Assembly: GCA_010093995.1 (NCBI GenBank)
Contig: ML992508.1
Location: 124,001-164,343, forward strand
Direction of reading: 5' to 3'
DNA length: 40,343 nt
DNA from: Elsinoe ampelina
Lineage: Eukaryota
Below, one piece after another: positions 37,706 to 40,343 of the stretch. Numbering within the stretch: position 1 is the first letter of the stretch; the number at the start of each line of letters is the position of its first letter. The notes beneath the pieces were generated by a model. That model saw only the letters and a program-made list of their open reading frames with translations. It did no database searches and was not told the origin of the DNA. Position numbers and translations under genes: made by a program.

Positions 37706-38111
37706 GAGGGTGTCAAAAGAGCATCGTTGAGAGCCATGTGAGCGGCTTGAAGCGAAAGATGTTGGTGAAGTGCTGACGGGTGGGGTCGTGGAGAGGGAGT
37801 CGAGCAAGGCAGGTGACCCAAAGACTGAATTGAGGCGACAACGACGACTACCACTTCGACTCAGGTTTGGAGTGGTTCAAATTTGAGCGCAGCACATCTT
37901 ACATAGCGCACAGTACAAGAAACGGACCGGTTGAGGTCGACAGGTCGACATATCAAATGGGACATGGTGAGACCGCATATGCTACCCGGCTGCTAAACCC
38001 TTTCATAGTTCCAACAATACTAAACATACTTTGAACCACTCTCGCTGGACGATTGCACATTTAGGGCATCCTATTGTATTCCAACATTGATAGCTATCAT
38101 TCTCCCTCTAG

Positions 38112-39880
38112 CTATGCACTGGATATGTCCAGCTTGGCCTTGCGAGTGCTGGAGCCAACCTGCGTTGCATGACCTGCACAGTGCCATACCCCAAGTTCCT
38201 CGTTCCACACTGTTGGCTTGGCCTTGCACCCTTTTGACTGAGCGCAGCTTGCAGTTGGCTTGTCTCGATTCTGCTCGCGCTTGTCCGCCAACTCGATTGT
38301 TGACTTGTTAACAAAGTGCTCTTTGCAGTACCACTTACCTCGCTCTTCGTTCCAAGCGATCTTGGTCTTCTTGCAGGTGTTCTTGTATGAGCAGTGGGCT
38401 GGACGTGTATTGCGGTTCTTCTCCCTCAGTGCCCGCTTCCTCTTCTCTCGTGCCAGGTACGTTGGATTTGCGTGCTTTTCACACAGCCAGCGTCTTTTCT
38501 GCGCATCCCAGTAGAAGGAAGCAGTCTTGCAGTGACCTCCGCCGAAGTACGTGCACAGACCGTCGGTAGGAGGATTGTCTTTGTCTATCTTGCGTTGACG
38601 GAATCGCTCGCAATGGTATTTGCGGACACCTTCCTTGACCCGGGCCACACAGGTGGGACAATGGTACTTCTGTATGAGAAAGTACCGCTCCAGCGCATCA
38701 ATTTCTCGGCCACATTGTTCAAGTGTCCGGTGGTTCGGTGTTCTAGACTTTCTCAAGAGTTTTCATGGAAGGCGCGGCGGCGCTGAGTGGATTTTGCCAC
38801 CCACACAACAGCGCAATCTTCGCAACAGAATTGGCCGACGGGTTCCCCTCACGTGTACGCCGTAGCGGGATTGTTGCAGCCTCGTGTTTGAAACAGAGTC
38901 CCAGCTCAGCTGGAGGTCTTGTCCCCTTCTTCTCAACTCTGGGCTTTGCCATCATCTCATAATGGCAGCCCGGCGACTCGCAGAGCGCATGTTGGGATTG
39001 GCCTGGTCCATCTTGTTGGTAGCGGCTGTCCAAGCAAGCCGGGCATCCCTCATGCTGACTACGCTTGCCGTCCGTTGCACCGAGGTGTCGGTCACGTACC
39101 CCGGACAGGGCCATGGTTTTCCGTATCTCTTCTCATAGTCTCCGGGACAAAACCCGTTCCGTCAGCTGGTCAGAGATAGCTTCACTTCCGTCGATGGAGG
39201 CCTGTCAACCTTCCATCGTACCAGGTATGAGATGCAGGAGCCGTAGAGGATCCAGTCCTCCGGATGAGTTGGATCTGCGCTTCGAAACCTTGAGTCTTCC
39301 GTGCGGGGTCAGTTGGAGCATTGCCTCTTCCCACCCTGTATTCCTTGCCGGATGGAAAGCGCCATGTTCAAGGGCACAAACAAGTGTTCGTCAAGGAGAT
39401 CGTTAGGAATCATGCTGCGGACCCATTGCTCCACCACAGGGCTTCCTCCCCGTCGACTCTCTTCCGTCAGATTCAGAGGCCGCAGGCTTCTCGCCAAAGC
39501 TATGATGACTGACTCCAGCAGAACCGGAAACACTCTGGCAGTGCACTCCTCGGATATTGCAACGGCTCGCCAATGCATGATCGACCCGGGCTGCAGCGCA
39601 GCTTGCAAATGACGACCGTCACCGACCTGTTCCTCGGACTGCGGTAACCGGTCGGCATCTCGCCTCGGCCCAGATCCACGCTTGTTGTATGCCGCGCCAG
39701 CGTACATGGCTTGAAAGATATATACGCCTGTTCCGGACAGCGCCTTGTCTAAAAGACGGACGCCAAAGAGCTACGACGTGCTCGGGTGTTATATCTGGCC
39801 GACCAAGGACGGCTTGGAAATCCTCTGGTACGGCTTTGACCAGTTTCTGGACCAACCAGTCTGGGTCATGACTGTTGTAA
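38112..39880 (-). pseudogene. Fragmented gene: GIY-YIG-like N-terminus, GATA-like finger and three C3H-type Cys/Trp repeats (5' end approximate)
   Basis: Consecutive minus-strand coding-like pieces separated by frameshifts and stops: GVYIF..MYAG; CSN*..LYGSCISY..RP; 3x C-x4/7-C-x6-W-x6-W-x-C-x2-H in ORF 38112-38756. Confidence 0.55.
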
Positions 39881-39924
39881 CTGGCAAATCGGACCGAGAG
39901 ACGTGTGTTTCATTCAGAGAGTTA

Positions 39925-40343
39925 CAATAACCGATTTATCTACTATGCGTACGCTGACTTATTAGTACTAGTTCTTTAGTACTAGAGAAGTTATACTAGC
40001 CTTCTATTATAATACTCCCCCTCTAGTATAGATTATTAAAGCTAGAGAACTATCCTATTATATATAAGTAAAGTAATTAGCTTATTACTTTATCTCTTTA
40101 TAATTGCTTATAATTGTTAGTGTTAGCTAATTATTAGTAAGAATTCACTATTAGTTTAGCTTATAATTGCTAGTAATAATAGTAACTATTAATAATAGCT
40201 AGGCAGCTATTGTTTATGTAAATAGACTAGCTTATAAGTCTTAATTAAAGAGATATAAGTATCTAACTAGCCTCTTTATAATTTCTCTTTCCTTTATTAT
40301 ACTTATAGTAGTAGCTTTTTCTTTTATATAACACTTTTACCTT
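39925..40343. mobile_element. Start of a third RIP-mutated AT-rich repeat block, family not identifiable, runs off the window
   Basis: Abrupt switch to TpA-rich, CpA/TpG-depleted sequence like the other two islands. Confidence 0.7.

Overview
Eukaryotic DNA from a filamentous ascomycete, plausibly a plant-associated Dothideomycete (inference from short GT-AG introns with CTRAY branch points, RIP and gene content). GC-balanced gene blocks alternate with AT-rich, RIP-mutated repeat blocks. Intact genes: GH28 polygalacturonase, intron-containing tRNA-Leu(TAG), secreted heme-thiolate peroxygenase, a 4-exon secreted 10-Cys defensin-like peptide, GDE1, a divergent glutamyl-tRNA synthetase, a LAC12/CDT-like sugar porter and a Ure2p-class GST. 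Pseudogenes: FAD-linked oxidoreductase, Zn2Cys6 transcription factor, and a GIY-YIG-like protein with several zinc fingers. Two AT islands resolve completely: a Tc1/mariner element (4124-12411) and a Fot1/pogo element (24858-33870), each with a full-length Ty3/Gypsy chromovirus inserted antisense into its transposase. A third RIP block starts near 39925. Most notable: the first Gypsy appears to carry a spliced antisense gene for a Cys-rich protein between pol and its 3' LTR. All calls come from manual reading; 'de-RIP' translations are inferences and no searches were run.
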